Shown here: positions 1-13,854 of the stretch, in pieces
Layout: each line of letters begins with the position of its first letter
Numbering within the stretch: position 1 is the stretch's first letter
Origin: Vicugna vicugna
Lineage: Eukaryota
Length of the DNA stretch: 64,000 bases
Assembly (NCBI GenBank): GCA_013265495.1
Contig: MU058221.1
Location: forward strand, 4,466,001 to 4,530,000
Reading direction: 5' to 3'
Translations under genes and position numbers: made by a program
Notes under the pieces: generated by a model
The model's database searches: none
Told to the model about the DNA's origin: nothing
The model's input: the letters and a program-made list of their open reading frames with translations, nothing else

Positions 1-810
1 GTACAACCACTTTGCAGAACACTTTGGCGGTTTCTTAAAAAGCTAAATGTGCGCTTGCCACGTCCCCCAGCCATTCCACTCTCAGGTACTTACTCCAAAT
101 GAGTGAACGCACACGTCCACGCAAAGACGTTCATGAATGCTCACTGCAGCTCTGTTTATAATAGCTAAAACCTGGAAGCAACTTAAATGTCCATCAATAG
201 CTGAACGGATAAACAATTTGTTATATATCTAATCGATGGATACAACTTAGCAGTATAGATAAACTAATGACATGTGCAATAAGACGGAAGACACTCAGAA
301 TAATTACGCCAAGTGAAAGGAGTCACACAAAAAAGGCAACATAGTGTATTAATCAACCTGTAGAAGATTCTAGAAAATGCAAATTCATCTATGGTAACAG
401 AAAGCAAATCAATAGTTTCCGAGGGCAGGGGTGGGACTGGGGAGGGGTAAGAAGAAGGGATTACAAAGGGACATGGGGAGAGGACAGGATACAGCTCAAG
501 TGGCAGAGCGCGTGCTTAGTAAGCATGAGGTCCTGGGTTCAATCCCCCCTACCTCCTCTAAGAATAAATAAATAAACCTAATTACTTCCCCCCACTCAAA
601 ATAAAACACAGAGTGGTAAAAAGATAAAATAAAAAATTACTACAAAAAAGGGACATGAGGAAATTTTAGCTGGGTGATTTAAAAAATGTTCATTACCTAA
701 ATTGTGGCAGTGGTTTCAGGGGTATATATTATGTCAAAAGTTACCAAATGTTACACTTTATACACAGTTTATTGTATATTATACCACACTAAAGCTGTAA
801 AAATAAAAAA
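1..810 (+). mobile_element. Old L1 (L1M-type) 3' region, interrupted by a SINE
   Basis: Typical L1 3' motifs (CCAGCCATTCCACTC, AAATGTCCATCAATAG, GGATAAAC) ending in an A-rich tail. Confidence 0.75.
476..646 (+). mobile_element. tRNA-derived SINE (Vic-1-like, long tail) nested in an old L1
   Basis: A box CAGCTCAAGTGG, B box GGTTCAATCCC, A-rich tail; TSD AAAGGGACATG at 465-475 and 647-657. Confidence 0.85.
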
Positions 811-3421
811 GCTAAGAAAAATAGAATTCTATTAAGCTGAGAGTTTTATGTTTCCCCCTTGCTTCTTTCACAGAAGATTTTGGAGTGCTTGAAAACAAAA
901 GACATATGTACACAACCTGATCAAACCACAGCAAAAGTGTAATAAGAAGGACTCGCTGATAATGTCGTGAACACCAGAGGTTATACTTAAACGGCAAATA
1001 AGCATTGCGTTTGATTTTGAGATTCTTGATGACTGAGGAGGAGACGAGGACAGAAAACAGGCAGAGAACGTAACGGGCTGCACTGCTCTCGTTATCCCAT
1101 CAACGGAAGCAAACCAATTATGCAAGAGAGATTCACTCTTGATTTGAATTCTTAAAGGGATGTATGCCACGGAGCCTTGGGATGGCCACTGAACGGCTTA
1201 ATGAACAATTCTTCTAACAGCAACTCCATAGTAACGGCCAGAACCATCTCGTGGAGCTATTTCCTCAGTTCAGACAGAGGGCACTATGTCTAAACCGCTG
1301 GGGGGCGAAACCAACGTGGTCAGAAAGGCCGCCTCCCGGTCCTCTGTCTGTAACAGCACAGTTATACCCTTGCCTCCTTCACCATACAGATACCTGTGCC
1401 CTGAGTCTCCAGGCTTCACCTGCTGGCAGAGACACACCTGGAGTCCAGGCCAGTTTTATCTCGTTACCTGTCAGGGTACATGACCTCAGCACTGGGACGA
1501 ACCTGCAGCCCCTGCTCCTGCAGAACCCGGGTGCGGGCCTTACTGGGCGCCCCTGCTGTTGCTGGGCAGGGTCACACAGGGCCCTGCAGACGGCCCCAGA
1601 AGTCACTGTGGCTCGTTGGGCCACTTACATTTCTGCCCTCTGGCCTACACTGTGCGACAAAGCAGCCCCCCTCCCACTATGTCTTCATGCCACACCCTGT
1701 TAGCCGTTCTGCTGGGACCCAATGCTTTACAGAGCTTTCACTGGCAAAGCACTCGTATTTCTGCTCACAGTCTTCTTCCAAGATCTGAGACTTGCAACCA
1801 TCACACTAGGCAGAGGACAGAGTGATGTAAGCCCCTGGGTGTGCCTGGCTCCTTCCTCCCTCAGGACGGGTTCTCTCTTAAGAGGCCACGCCCCCACCTC
1901 CCAGCGGACTTTGGTTAGGTCATCTGACTCGTTCTCCGGAAACGGCTGGCCATCTCCAAATCCATGAGGTTGATACAATGAGCATCAGTGGTTCTCAGAC
2001 TTTCCACACATCAGAATCCCAAGGGCATCTTTGAAAAATCACAATGTCCAGGACACATCACGGTCTCCAAGTGATTCCAATGCACTGCCAAGTTTAAGGA
2101 CCTGTGGTCCACATGGAAGCTGCAGTCAGGTTGCAAATGCATCAACAATTCTCCTCTGTCTCCCTAAACGGAGTTGAGAGTTAACTTACTCTGCATGTCC
2201 GTCTCCTCACCCTCAGTCTTGTGCCTTCTCCATAAATTCGCCATCTAGAAGGAAGCCGAGGAACATTTAATAGAAAGAGAAAGGCAAATTTAAAAGTTAA
2301 AACAAGGGGCTGTGAAGTCTCCGTACAATCAGAAAGACAAATTTTATGCTCAGGTCCAACACATACCAGGAGTCACGTACTCCCCCCTTCGCTTTCTGCT
2401 GTTTGTTTTGCTGAAATGATAAGTTTCGTAAAGAAAGCATATTTCAGACCCAGCCTTCCCAGGGAACCGCCTACATTTTCTGTTTAAATGACGGCACTTA
2501 GGATGATGTATGAAAGTCAAAGAGGCAATGTCCACGCTCATCTCAGGTATACTTCGGCATAATTATTCATGAAGCCCTTTCTGAGCTCTATTCAAGGATA
2601 TCTGTAAGCTGTTTCCAAAGACCAGGGACCCCTACTGTAATAAACAAGTCATTTACATGGGGGAAATGGAAAACCTGCCACGTCTGCCAAATGAAGGCAG
2701 ACATGCCTGAGCAGAGAAGGACTGATGAAGCGAGGTTAGAGAAAGCTGAAAGCTGGGTTAAAATACATCAAATTTGCCAAGGAATGAAGAATATACCAGC
2801 CACCACCGGGAGCGGATGTTTGTGCCTAGATCATGTTGAATTGACTTTTTTTTAAAGAAAGCCATACATATGAAAGCTCTAAAACCTGAGGTTTGGGCAA
2901 ATTATGGCCCAGGGCTCTCAAACACCTGCTCCATCCTGGTGATGGATAAAGCATTTCTTACCGGCTCGCTCTGCAGGCATCTGAACAGCACAGGTGTCAG
3001 TCCTGCTTGAATGCATCCACGTGTCCTGGGCTCTGCATTCACCGCAGCCCAGGTGCCTCCTCGGCATCCGGGAGAACAGTCCTGATACAGAGAGCAAGAG
3101 CAGAGGCCTCTGATCAAAGGATGTGACAACCCACGACTTCTGCATCACGGGGGCCTGTCCCAGATCATGAAACCTTCACCTTCAAGTTCATTCACTTTAA
3201 CAGTCAGGTACAGAGCACTCATTCTGTGCCAGACGCTATTCCAAGCACCTATTGACATGCAGTCGTTCACTGCTGACGACAACCCACCCTAAGGCAGGTA
3301 CCATCAACCGGCTTAACGCACAGATGCCCAGGTAACACGTTCAAGGTCACACAAGGAGAAAATGGCGGAGGTCAGCTGTGAACACACGATGACTTCCGGT
3401 TTCAGACTTTCCCTGACAAGT

Positions 3422-3566
3422 GTTTTTTTGTTGTTATTGTTTGGGGTGGGGGTAGGTAATTATGCTTATTTATCTATTTATTTGTAATGGAGTTGCTGGG
3501 GACTGAACCCGGGACCTCAGGCGTGCTAGGCACATGCTCTACCACTGAGCTACACCCTCCCCGCCC
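3422..3566 (-). mobile_element. tRNA-derived SINE (Vic-1-like, long tail)
   Basis: Reverse complement has GGGGAGGGTGTAGCTCAGTGGTAGAGC...GGTTCAGTCCCC...AATTACC followed by an A-rich tail. Confidence 0.85.
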
Positions 3567-3749
3567 CTAAGCGGTCTTCTGCACTGCCTTTCTACCTGCT
3601 CTGTGACCTGATCATGTCTGGCCCTGTCGCTGTTGTGTGACTGCTTACAAACAGGTCCATGCTGTTTAAACATCTTTGAAATACACGTGATGGGCAGATG
3701 GGGGAGGGACGTATTATTCCGTTTAGACCTTTAGACAAAGGTCGGAAGC

Positions 3750-3929
3750 CATGGTTCCCAATTCTGGCGTATGTCAGAATCTCCTGGAGAGCTTGTTAAG
3801 ACACGGATTGCTGTGCCCCGCGTTTCTGAGTCAGTAGGTCTGAGGGGGGCCCAAGAACGTGCATCTCTGACAAGTCCTTGGGTGACACTGATGCTCACAC
3901 TTTGGGGACCATACTTTGAGAACCACCTG
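3750..3929. mobile_element. MER5A-like hAT-Charlie MITE
   Basis: Termini CATGGTTCCCAA...TTTGAGAACCAC; internal TCAGAATC and TCAGTAGGTCTG motifs. Confidence 0.7.
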
Positions 3930-5339
3930 TCTAAAGCACTATTTAACTGCTGAGATACATTAAACTAATAAACTTTTTTTTTATTAATAGACTTTATCTT
4001 TTTAGAGCAGTTTCAGGTTCGCAGCAGAATTGAGCAGAAAACACATAGAGTTCCCACACAGCCCTCCCCACCCACCCGTATACACTCCCCTACCCTCAAC
4101 ATCCCTCATGAGTGTGGAGTATTTGGTACAATCAATAAACAACATGGACACGTTATTTGGAATTTGGAACGTCCAAAATCTCCAGCTCTTTTCTCCCTTT
4201 CCTCCCTTCCCAGAGTATAAGTGTCTCAAGTAACATCTGTTCAAAGACCTCCAAACGGTGCCAGGATCAGAATGACATATGGCAGCCTCACCCAGAGTCG
4301 TCCTAATCACCACTGTCCCAACTGGCTGAATTACATTTAACACACTCAGAATTCCTGTTGCTCCCTTCCAGTGTGAATTAACTTTATGGTGCATAATTGT
4401 CTGGTTCAAGGTAAAAGCCTTTCATAAAATGTCTGGCGCAGTCTGTTTTTGAGATCATTCAGACAGGGTTTGGTATATGACTCTAGGTGACCAGGGGCCC
4501 TGTGCCCTTTCGTGTCACCTCCAATCTATTAGATACAACAGAAATAGAAGGTAATTTGGAGTATATTTGGAACATAAAGAATATAGGAAACCACACCTTA
4601 GAGACATCATCAAAATGAAAAATGCAAAAAGAAGCAATTTTGCTGGGGCTTGGCTTTTTTATTTCTGAACTTTGCACACAAAATAATCCCGTTGAGCCCC
4701 GCAGAACAGTCTAAAAAGTACCAATTTTTTTTTCTTGGTATTTATTGAGCACCAAGCAGGCGTAGGGCATGACTCCAGGAGACACACAGAGACATAAAAT
4801 GCAAGCACTGCCCTTCAGAAGAGACAGAATGGCAGAAGAGCCTGCTTGGAGGCACAAGATGGAAAAGAGAAAAAGGAGTCCAGCTGAACAGGATGAGAAG
4901 TGCAGATAATTTAGGCTACCGGAAGTCAAATGCCAGCACAGTCCCTGCGAGATTTGGGGCAGGTGGGAGATTGAAAAATGTCATGGAAAAGGAGGAGGAA
5001 GCATTTAGGTTTAAGCAAAGGACAGACTCAACTTGTAAGAAGATGCATCTTAGGCAGGTGAGGTGGACACATTAAAACACACGTGGTTTATCTCAGGGTT
5101 CAGCAACCGATGGCTCGTGGGCCAAATCCAGCCTGCCGGGTTTCTAAGGCGTGCAAACTAAGAATAGCTTTTACGTTTTTTAAGAGTCGGAAACAATAAA
5201 AAATATTTTGGGACATGTGAAAATGATATGACATTCAAATTTCCGAGCTGACAAATCTGAAGGGCGCACAGCCGTGTGGACTTGTTTAGAACTGTCTCTG
5301 GCTACTTTCTCTTTGCAACAGCGGAGTGGAGTCGTCATC

Positions 5340-5800
5340 GTGGCAGCTTTGTCTACCACAGCGGAACGCTGGAAACTCAAAGGGCCAAAAGCCAGAGGAG
5401 GGATAAACACGTGGTGGTATGTCCATTCAATGGACTAGAACTCAGCACTAACAGTGCAATGAACCACTGGATACAAGCAAGGACATGGGTGAACGTCACA
5501 GAAATTATGCCGAGTGAAAAGAGGGCAGACACAGAAGTCTGCATCCTATTTCATTCCCTTCGTATACATTTTCCAGAATGGACAAAACTAATCTAAGATG
5601 AATAAAAACACAGGTTATCTTTTGGGGGAAGAGGCTGGAACTTCCTGGGATGAAGGAAATATTCTACATTCTGAGAGGGTGTGGTTACATGGCTTCATCC
5701 ATTTGTCAAATACAGCTCAAGATCTATGCATTTCAGCGCATGTAAATTTTACCTCGACAAAACAACTGTAACAACTAAAACACTGGCAGAAATGGATTGG
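5340..5800 (+). mobile_element. Old L1 (L1M) 3' UTR remnant
   Basis: GGATAAACACGTGGTGGTATGTCCATTCAATGGA...ATGTAAATTTTACCTC motifs. Confidence 0.6.
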
Positions 5801-7647
5801 AGGCACAGATCAGACAATAGCAGCAAAATGTTGATAATTTTCAAAGCCGGTAATGGATGCGTGGGAGTTCGTTATACTCTCATCATCATTTTGCAAATGT
5901 TTGAAAGTGTCTGTAATACAAGTTTTTAAAATGCAGCGGGGTCATGGGTTGAACTTTCGCTTTTTGTTTATGAAAATGAAATCAGAAAAACCAGAACAAA
6001 ACAGTCTGCTCAGATACATTTGAGCTGCTCAGGCCAGAGGTGGCAGTGGTTGTAGGAGGGGAGAGAGGTGAGAGCGGAGGAGAGGGTGGCTTCTCAAGAT
6101 GCTGGGAGGAGTGAGAGGGGAGGAGAGAGAGGGAAGGGGAGGGAAAATGAAAGGGAACAGGAAAGAGAAGATGGAGGGTGAAAGAGGGAAAGAAAAGGGT
6201 CAAGGGGCACTGAGCTTCCTCAGAGGTGTGAGGACAGAGGGGTTGTCTTGGACGGATGTTCCTGGAGTGGCCTGGAATCAGGGATGGACCTTCCAAAGGA
6301 TGTCTGCCCCTCATCCGGACTGTGTCCTTGTCACAATTCAGACAAAAGAAAGATGGGTTTGCCCTACAGGACCTCTGGGTTGGAGGTGCCCACCAGGAAG
6401 ACAGGCAGTGTCTTCCTGCCCCGTCATCGTGACAGCTGGGCCACCCTGAGCGCCAGCGGGAGGCAAGTTCAAGCATTTATGGGGAAATCCCAGCCCTGGC
6501 AGAGCGCATGCTCACACACCCATCATGTACATTCACCCCAGGCACCCCGTGGGACGGGGGTCGTGACCCCCACTTTCAAGGTAAAGAAATGCTATGAGCA
6601 GCAACTAAAGTCTGCTTGACCCAAAGCCATGTCCCTTGGCCCAGGCAGAATCCTCGGGCTGTGAACCCATCTTCTGACGCCTGCTCTTGGACCCTCAGCA
6701 GCCTGGGCATGGTCATGGCCGCTCCCAAAGCACCTGGTTCCCCAGCACCCCGAAACCTCCTGCAGCTCCCAGGGGTCACTGCCCTCCGGGCCCCCAATGT
6801 CCCTTCACCTCTGCAAAACGAGCTCTTCCCCCGCCCTGCCTCCCCCTGGGTGCTCGCCCTCCTTTCTGCGTGACTGGTGCCTTCCAGCCCTCAGGTACCC
6901 ACTCGCATGCCCTCCCCAGACAGCCTTTCTTCAGGGGTTTCTCCAAATACTAGGTTTTGATGCTCTGTTTCCTTCAGGGCAGCTACACGTGAGAGAATCT
7001 TGTCGTCTGTCCCTCTGCAGAATGGAAGTCCCTGTCTTGTTCAGTGACAATTACCCACTGGAACTGCTCATTAACAAGCTCCCTCTTAAACAAGAGGATG
7101 GCTGACAGTCTTCCTGCTTCCTTGCAGCGACTGTCTTCAACGTCTTAAACCTCAAGCAAAGAAGTGCGGGCTCTGGACGGGGAAGGGGAGCGCTCTCCGC
7201 AGAACCACAGAGGAACAAAGCGTCATCGCAGGCCCTCCGTCTCCCAATTCGGCAAAAACCGAACGTCCAGCTCCTCTCGGTGGCCCAGACGACGATGGCG
7301 ACGACCCTAAGGGTGATGCTGACACTGACAACGAGTAGGCCCAGGCCAAGCACTTTATGTACTCACCTCTAATTCTCCAAAAACTGTCCTACACGATGGG
7401 GACTATTCTACGTACAAGTGAGGAAACTGATTCAGAAGGACCTAAGGTCACACTGTGCCCAAGGTAATTAGACAGACGCCAAACTGAAATGTTTACAGAC
7501 TCATTCTCTCAAAAGTCTCAGTTAGAATGTTCTCTGCTGGGCCCATTAAAACACACTTACACACCCACCCTCCGTTTCTCCCGCTCCCCCTCCCCCACAG
7601 GGGAACCATAAAAAGTCTCCAAAACCATATTCAAATCAAATGGTTTG

Positions 7648-7653
7648 TTTATT
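7648..7653 (-). terminator. SUCLG1: SUCLG1 polyadenylation signal AATAAA
   Basis: TTTATT on +, about 190 nt past the stop codon, followed on the minus strand by a T/GT-rich downstream element. Confidence 0.8.
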
Positions 7654-7843
7654 GGCTGTTATTCGGACGTGAGCAGATCTCAGCGTGGGCCGCTCCAAGC
7701 CTCATTCTGGCTTCCCGCTGTACCGAGGGCCCGCGACAGGGGCCCAGGCCGACAGTCCGTGCACAACAGGCAAGCTGCCGCCGGCTCACGTTTCTACAGT
7801 GATTCGCTCCAGAGCTCTAGGGGCCGTTTCGTTTGTTTTTCTT

Positions 7844-7870
7844 TCATAGCATCTTCCTCTTTTCAAACTC
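7844..7870 (-). CDS. SUCLG1: SUCLG1 exon 9 coding part
   Basis: Pyrimidine tract + AG, then EFEKRKML-TGA; 27 nt. Confidence 0.96.
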   Translation of the reverse strand, partial: EFEKRKML

Positions 7871-8689
7871 CTTCAGAAACAGAAGAGAGAGGGGACAAAA
7901 AGATGAAAGACCCAAATTACACTCACGGGCAAAGTGCTTCTGAAACCTTTTATCTTCAGGGTTCTTTGAGCAACCAAACTGTAGAATAAAAGGTACCCGG
8001 GTGCAGGTGCCTGAACACAAAACGGCAGCTTTCGGACACGCCTGGTCAGTGCCAAGTCCGCTGGGCTGGACCCGGAGCGTCAGCTGTACGTCTCCAAGCG
8101 CAGCGGCTGAGAGGCTGTGAGCCGCACTTATTTTTCTCCTGCAGTGCTATCATCAGGCGTTATCCAGACCTTCAACACTGTATGTCAACCACACCAGCCC
8201 TTTTCATACGGCAACGGAAACAGGTTTGTCTAATTTCTCAGAGAATAAAACTAAACACAGATTCAGTTCAGATTTAAATAAAATGTCAAGAACCTCAGAA
8301 ATATACGAAAAGGAAACAATACTGAAAATCGCATTTCCCTCAATTGTAACAACTAGAATACAGCCAAATGGGTAGATGCCTGCTGCCACCTACTGGAGAG
8401 AAATGGTAACACATGTCTCTGACATGAATTTTAAGCATTTGCTTTTTTCTCCTTACTTCCCATTTTTTAAATAAAATTCTTCTTCACACACTCTCTAACT
8501 ACCCAGATTTCTTTTAAACACTCTGGTGCACTGTGTCTTACTCCAAAAGGTAGGATCATGCAAAGATTCAGTACAGCAAGGAATTCAAGGCAAAGGGCAA
8601 AGATTGTGCTGAAACATGGCCCCCTTCTGGGAAGACAATTTGGGCCTGTTTTTAACATGCGTACAGGTTTTATTTTTTGATTTTTTTTT

Positions 8690-9418
8690 TGTAAAGACTA
8701 TAATCACTATAAAAATAAAGAAAGAGGCAGCCTTAAATGACCGTTCAAAGATACAGGCTAAAAATCACTGCAAAATGATTATGGAGGACGCCAAATCACT
8801 GTGAGCATTTAAATCACGATGTCGTATTTAAAAAGGGAAAAGCGAGGCAAATGGTGACGAAGTCGACCCTCTACCTGTAAAAAAAAATTATAATAATAAT
8901 GGCCTTCCGCCACAGCAAGGGCCAGAAAGCAAAGACTGAACACCCCCACCCTTTTCATTAGATCTTTCCCCATCCCCGACTCCCTCTTCATCCAGTTTTC
9001 ATTTCTTGCTGGTCAGCCTTCAGTCTCTCTCCCTGAGAAAACCTGTGGAACCAATGTAAAGACTATAATCACTATAAAAATAAAGAAAGAGGCAGCCTTA
9101 AATGACCGTTCAAAGATACAGGCTAAAAATCACTGCAAAATGATTATGGAGGACGCCAAATCACTGTGAGCATTTAAATCACGATGTCGTATTTAAAAAG
9201 GGAAAAGCGAGGCAAATGGTGACGAAGTCGACCCTCTACCTGTAAAAAAAAATTATAATAATAATGGCCTTCCGCCACAGCAAGGGCCAGAAAGCAAAGA
9301 CTGAACACCCCCACCCTTTTCATTAGATCTTTCCCCATCCCCGACTCCCTCTTCATCCAGTTTTCATTTCTTGCTGGTCAGCCTTCAGTCTCTCTCCCTG
9401 AGAAAACCTGTGGAACCA
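8690..9418. repeat. Tandem duplication, 2 x 364 bp (8690-9053, 9055-9418), apparently identical
   Basis: Direct comparison by eye; identical 60-aa ORFs offset by 365 nt. Confidence 0.95.
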
Positions 9419-9614
9419 GCGTAGCTACATCTCAGAGGCCCTCTGTGGGAAAGATGAAACGCAAGGCAATTCTCCGCACTGCTTCCAAAACGGAACTCAT
9501 GGTACTGCTGGGCTCCGAAACGCTTTCTTTTACATCACACCTCACTCCTCACAAAAGAGCAACTTAAGATGTTTAACGAATCAAGTTCTGGAATCAGAAC
9601 GTTACTCCTGGTCA

Positions 9615-9974
<360 letters not shown>

Positions 9975-10964
9975 TTAAACACTCTGACGAAGAAATGGAT
10001 GGAAACTGGACCTCCAATTCATGACTTCCAGGAAATGACAAATGGCTTAGACCCATCACTCAGCCTCACTAAGGAAACCAGCACAAATTATTTTACATTT
10101 TTGCAACTCCTGAATGTCTAAGTTCATAAAAGGTAATGGATTCTGATAGCTGCTCTTATTCAATCTACTGCAGTATCTTATTGGCTGAAGTACAAGAAAA
10201 TCCAGCCACACACACACACACGCAGCTGGAAAAGAGCGAAGCATTTTCGTGTCTGTCAGGTAACTGGCTATTCTTCTCTGACACTGCACGAGCCTCTCCA
10301 AGTGGGCATTTCTTTAAGGTCAGATGCAGTGCTGGGATCTGAAACCATACTTTCATACTTTAAAATCCACTGAAATGTCATACACTTTGGATCTTCTACC
10401 CATAATGATTCTGCAATACTCATGGCTCAGAGAGAAAATACAGGTTCACTGAGTTACGCAGATCTTCCACCATTCAGCATCGGCAAATCATCCTTCAGGG
10501 TCACCACCAGTCTCATTAGAAAAGTCTTTAGTAGGGGGACGTGGTCAAATTCATGGTGGTTGAAACAAGTTTTCCAAAAGTATTCCCTGGAAAGCTCAGG
10601 CTCTATCACTGTCGACAAATACCACGAGCTGTTCTCCTTGATGTGGCAGACTCTCATTTTGCAGGTACCCAGGTCTCAAAAACCAGTTTCCTGGCAGCCG
10701 TTCATTCAAGTTAAAGTGGTGTTCCACCAAAAAAAAAAAAAAACGGCAGCTAGTTCCACTGACCACTCAACTGGGAGAGTGCTTTACTGCCCATTTCATC
10801 ACAAAATACTGACTCAAGGATCAGACTTAATAAAATTAATAATTTTTACTGCTTCATGAAGGATACTCTTAAATAAAATCGGCTTTTATCTTTTTAAAGT
10901 GAAGCACACGGCAGTGACTGTTCACTGGCAGTCGGCTCCCACTAACCGGCTGCACTGAGACACC

Positions 10965-11160
10965 CAGCTGCCAGGCTCTGCCCGCTCCAGCTCGGCTCCC
11001 TCCTCCAGCTCGGCTCCCCCCTCCAGCTCGGCTCCCCCTCCAGCTCCGCCAGGCTCGGCTCCCCACTCCAGCTCGGCTCCCCCTCCAGCTCTGCTAGGCT
11101 CAGCTCCCCACTCCAGCTCGGCTTCCCCTCCAGCTTGGCTCCCCCCAGCCGGCTCTGCTC
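10965..11160. repeat. GC-rich minisatellite, ~19-20 bp unit (CCAGCTCGGCTCCCCCT)
   Basis: About 8 imperfect tandem copies. Confidence 0.9.
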
Positions 11161-11856
11161 CTTAACTTCCAGCTCTGCCTCTCAGCCTCTTCCGAGAGCA
11201 CTCTCCATCCTCCTGGGGTACCTGGCCAATTCTCACGTAACTTTTAAAACCTGGCTCAAGCCTCTTCTTCCCCACTAATCTTTCTGACCCTTCCCCCCAC
11301 ACCCTCCACAGGTGCCCTTACAGCTGCCCGTCCCCTGTTCAGCAACCCCGCCGCCGGGCCTCGCCTCGAGGCGCCTCTACTGTTACCCTCAGTACGCTGG
11401 CTGTAACCCATCCCCCGTGCGCCCGCCTCCTAAACTCTCAATCCCGGAACGCAAGGGCTGTTTTCACTTATTTCCCTACGCCCAGCGTCTACTACAGTAG
11501 AAAATTAAGAAGAAAAGACTCGTAAGTCATACATCTATTCATTTGCGGGCTCTGCAAGGATGTGAGCCCCTGATACGTGAGCGGCGCCCATTCCCACCCG
11601 GCCCCTCCGTCCCCTTGCTCACGTACTAGGGACCTCATACTAGAGAGAAACAAAATGATGACGAACCTGGAAGGCCAAACAAACGTGCATTCTGTCCTAC
11701 TGACAAAGAAGTCACTTGAGATTTTTTAAGGAGAGAAAAATACGATTAAAAAGACTAAGAGGAAGTCTAGTCTGAGGACAGGACACAGAAATGAGAAGCG
11801 TGAAAACCTGGAAACAGAAAGACAAGGTGGGATGACATGAGCACCATCCTAGCAGA

Positions 11857-12044
11857 TGCCCAGGACTGCTGACCCCCGCCCCTGCCCCCGGCAGCCTGGC
11901 TCCTGCATCCCCTCTGCCCACGGTGTGCCCAGGACTGCTGACCCCCGCCCCTGCCCCCGGCAGCCTGGCTCCTGCATCCCCTCTGCCCACGGTGTGCCCA
12001 GGACTGCTGACCCCCGCCCCTGCCCCCGGCAGCCTGGCTCCTGC
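11857..12044. repeat. 69-bp tandem repeat, ~2.7 copies
   Basis: Units start at 11857, 11926 and 11995 and appear identical. Confidence 0.95.
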
Positions 12045-12544
12045 CCCCCGCCATGGCGTCATGGAGAAGTCAGGCAAGACCAGGGTGGGAATTTCGCCCC
12101 TGGTTCATTTGCTGTGTACCTACCACTGGCAACTTGCCAACCTCCCTGGGCAGGTTTCCTCACTCATAAAAGGACAAAAACTACTCCTCAAAGGGTCAAG
12201 ATGAAAAGATGAAGCAACACGACTCTTGTAAATAATCCGTGTCATTGTTAGAATGACGAGAACATTCGCTGTAGCCGCAGGCAGCACCACTGAGGGGTCG
12301 CTGTGCGCCAGTTCCTGTGCTGACGAGCATCTTAATCACCTGCCACCTGAGCTGCTCAGCCTGGACCCTCATACGCTGCAGGCCCTCAGTAACACTCAGC
12401 TCCGGAAGAACCAGCCAGGAACAGGGAAACATGTGCCAAATGAAACCAAAGGTAAAGCTTAGTTTTTCCCACTAAATTCAAAGCTATTCAAGGGACTCGG
12501 AGTTGCGCCTGAGAACATTTCTGAGTTTACTTTAGCACAGTGTA

Positions 12545-12899
12545 CAGCTGGCTCTCTGTATCCACAGGGTTCGCATCCAACAATTCAACCAAGTGCAGAC
12601 AGACAATATTTGGGGGGGCGGAGAAGGGAATCCCAGAAAGTTCCAGAGAGCAGAACTTTAAATTTGCCATGCTGGTTACCATTTAGACACTATTCCCTTT
12701 GTCTTTACGACTATTTACACGGCATTTACATCGTATTAGGTATTAGAAGTAATCTAGAGAGGATTTAAAATATACAGGAGGGTATGTGTAGGTTACATGC
12801 AAATACCACGCCGTAATATATAAGGGACTTGAGCATCATGGATTTCAGTGTCCCCAGGGGAACAGAAACGAAGCCCCTGTGGATGTCAAGGGACGACTA
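12545..12899 (-). mobile_element. Tigger/MER2-like Tc1-mariner MITE
   Basis: Degenerate TIRs CAGCTGGCTCTCTGTATCCAC / GTGGATGTCAAGGGACGACTA flanked by TA dinucleotides; MER2-like core (AATCTAGAGAGGATTTAAA...GGGACTTGAGCATC). Confidence 0.75.
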
Positions 12900-13440
12900 T
12901 AATGTCTGTTAACCTAAATTGCTTTTTTCTAAAAAGAAGTCAGATTTACTTAAATTTTAAACTTCACAACTTTTCTAGATTCAAGAGACTCTAACGACAT
13001 TTTACTCCCATCTCCTAACAATTTACTTTATTCTTTCACCCATTCACCATTCACCGGTGCCTCATGCGCCAGAGGACTGGGCTGGACACCAAGGACACCG
13101 GCTGCTCGCTGTGCACAGCACAGGCCAGGGTGAGAGATGTTACGCACACCTTGCAGAGGGAACAAGCGAGGACAAGCAAGACTGAAGCAAGGGGCAGGTC
13201 AGAAGGGACGTGGATCTGAAAAGCGGGTTAGGGTGGCGAGGGAGGAGCTGGAATGCTGTGCTAAGCCTGCCCCTCACCCTAGATATATGGAGATACGCCG
13301 GACGGGGGTGGCGGGCGGCGGGGGGTGCCTCAGGAAGAAAGGAGCAGAGATACCAGGAAAAAACTACTGAGCTGGTCCAGGTGAGGTAGGGACTAATTAC
13401 AGATGACGATGCTCTGAGTCTCAACAAGCGACTGAGATTA

Positions 13441-13854
<414 letters not shown>

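Noticed and set aside
810..7600. Possible additional gene downstream of SUCLG1 (many 60-160 aa ORFs)
   Set aside because: No recognisable protein similarity or consistent exon chain; ORF density is explained by high GC content and repeats.
8809..9356. Duplicated 60-aa ORF (MKRESGMGKD...) as a small-gene pair
   Set aside because: By-product of the intronic duplication; no promoter, splice or homology support.
10965..12044. CRISPR-like array
   Set aside because: Tandem units without unique spacers, no cas genes, eukaryotic intron.
11712..12212. Several ORFs with repeated peptides
   Set aside because: Artefacts of the 69-bp (23-codon) tandem repeat.
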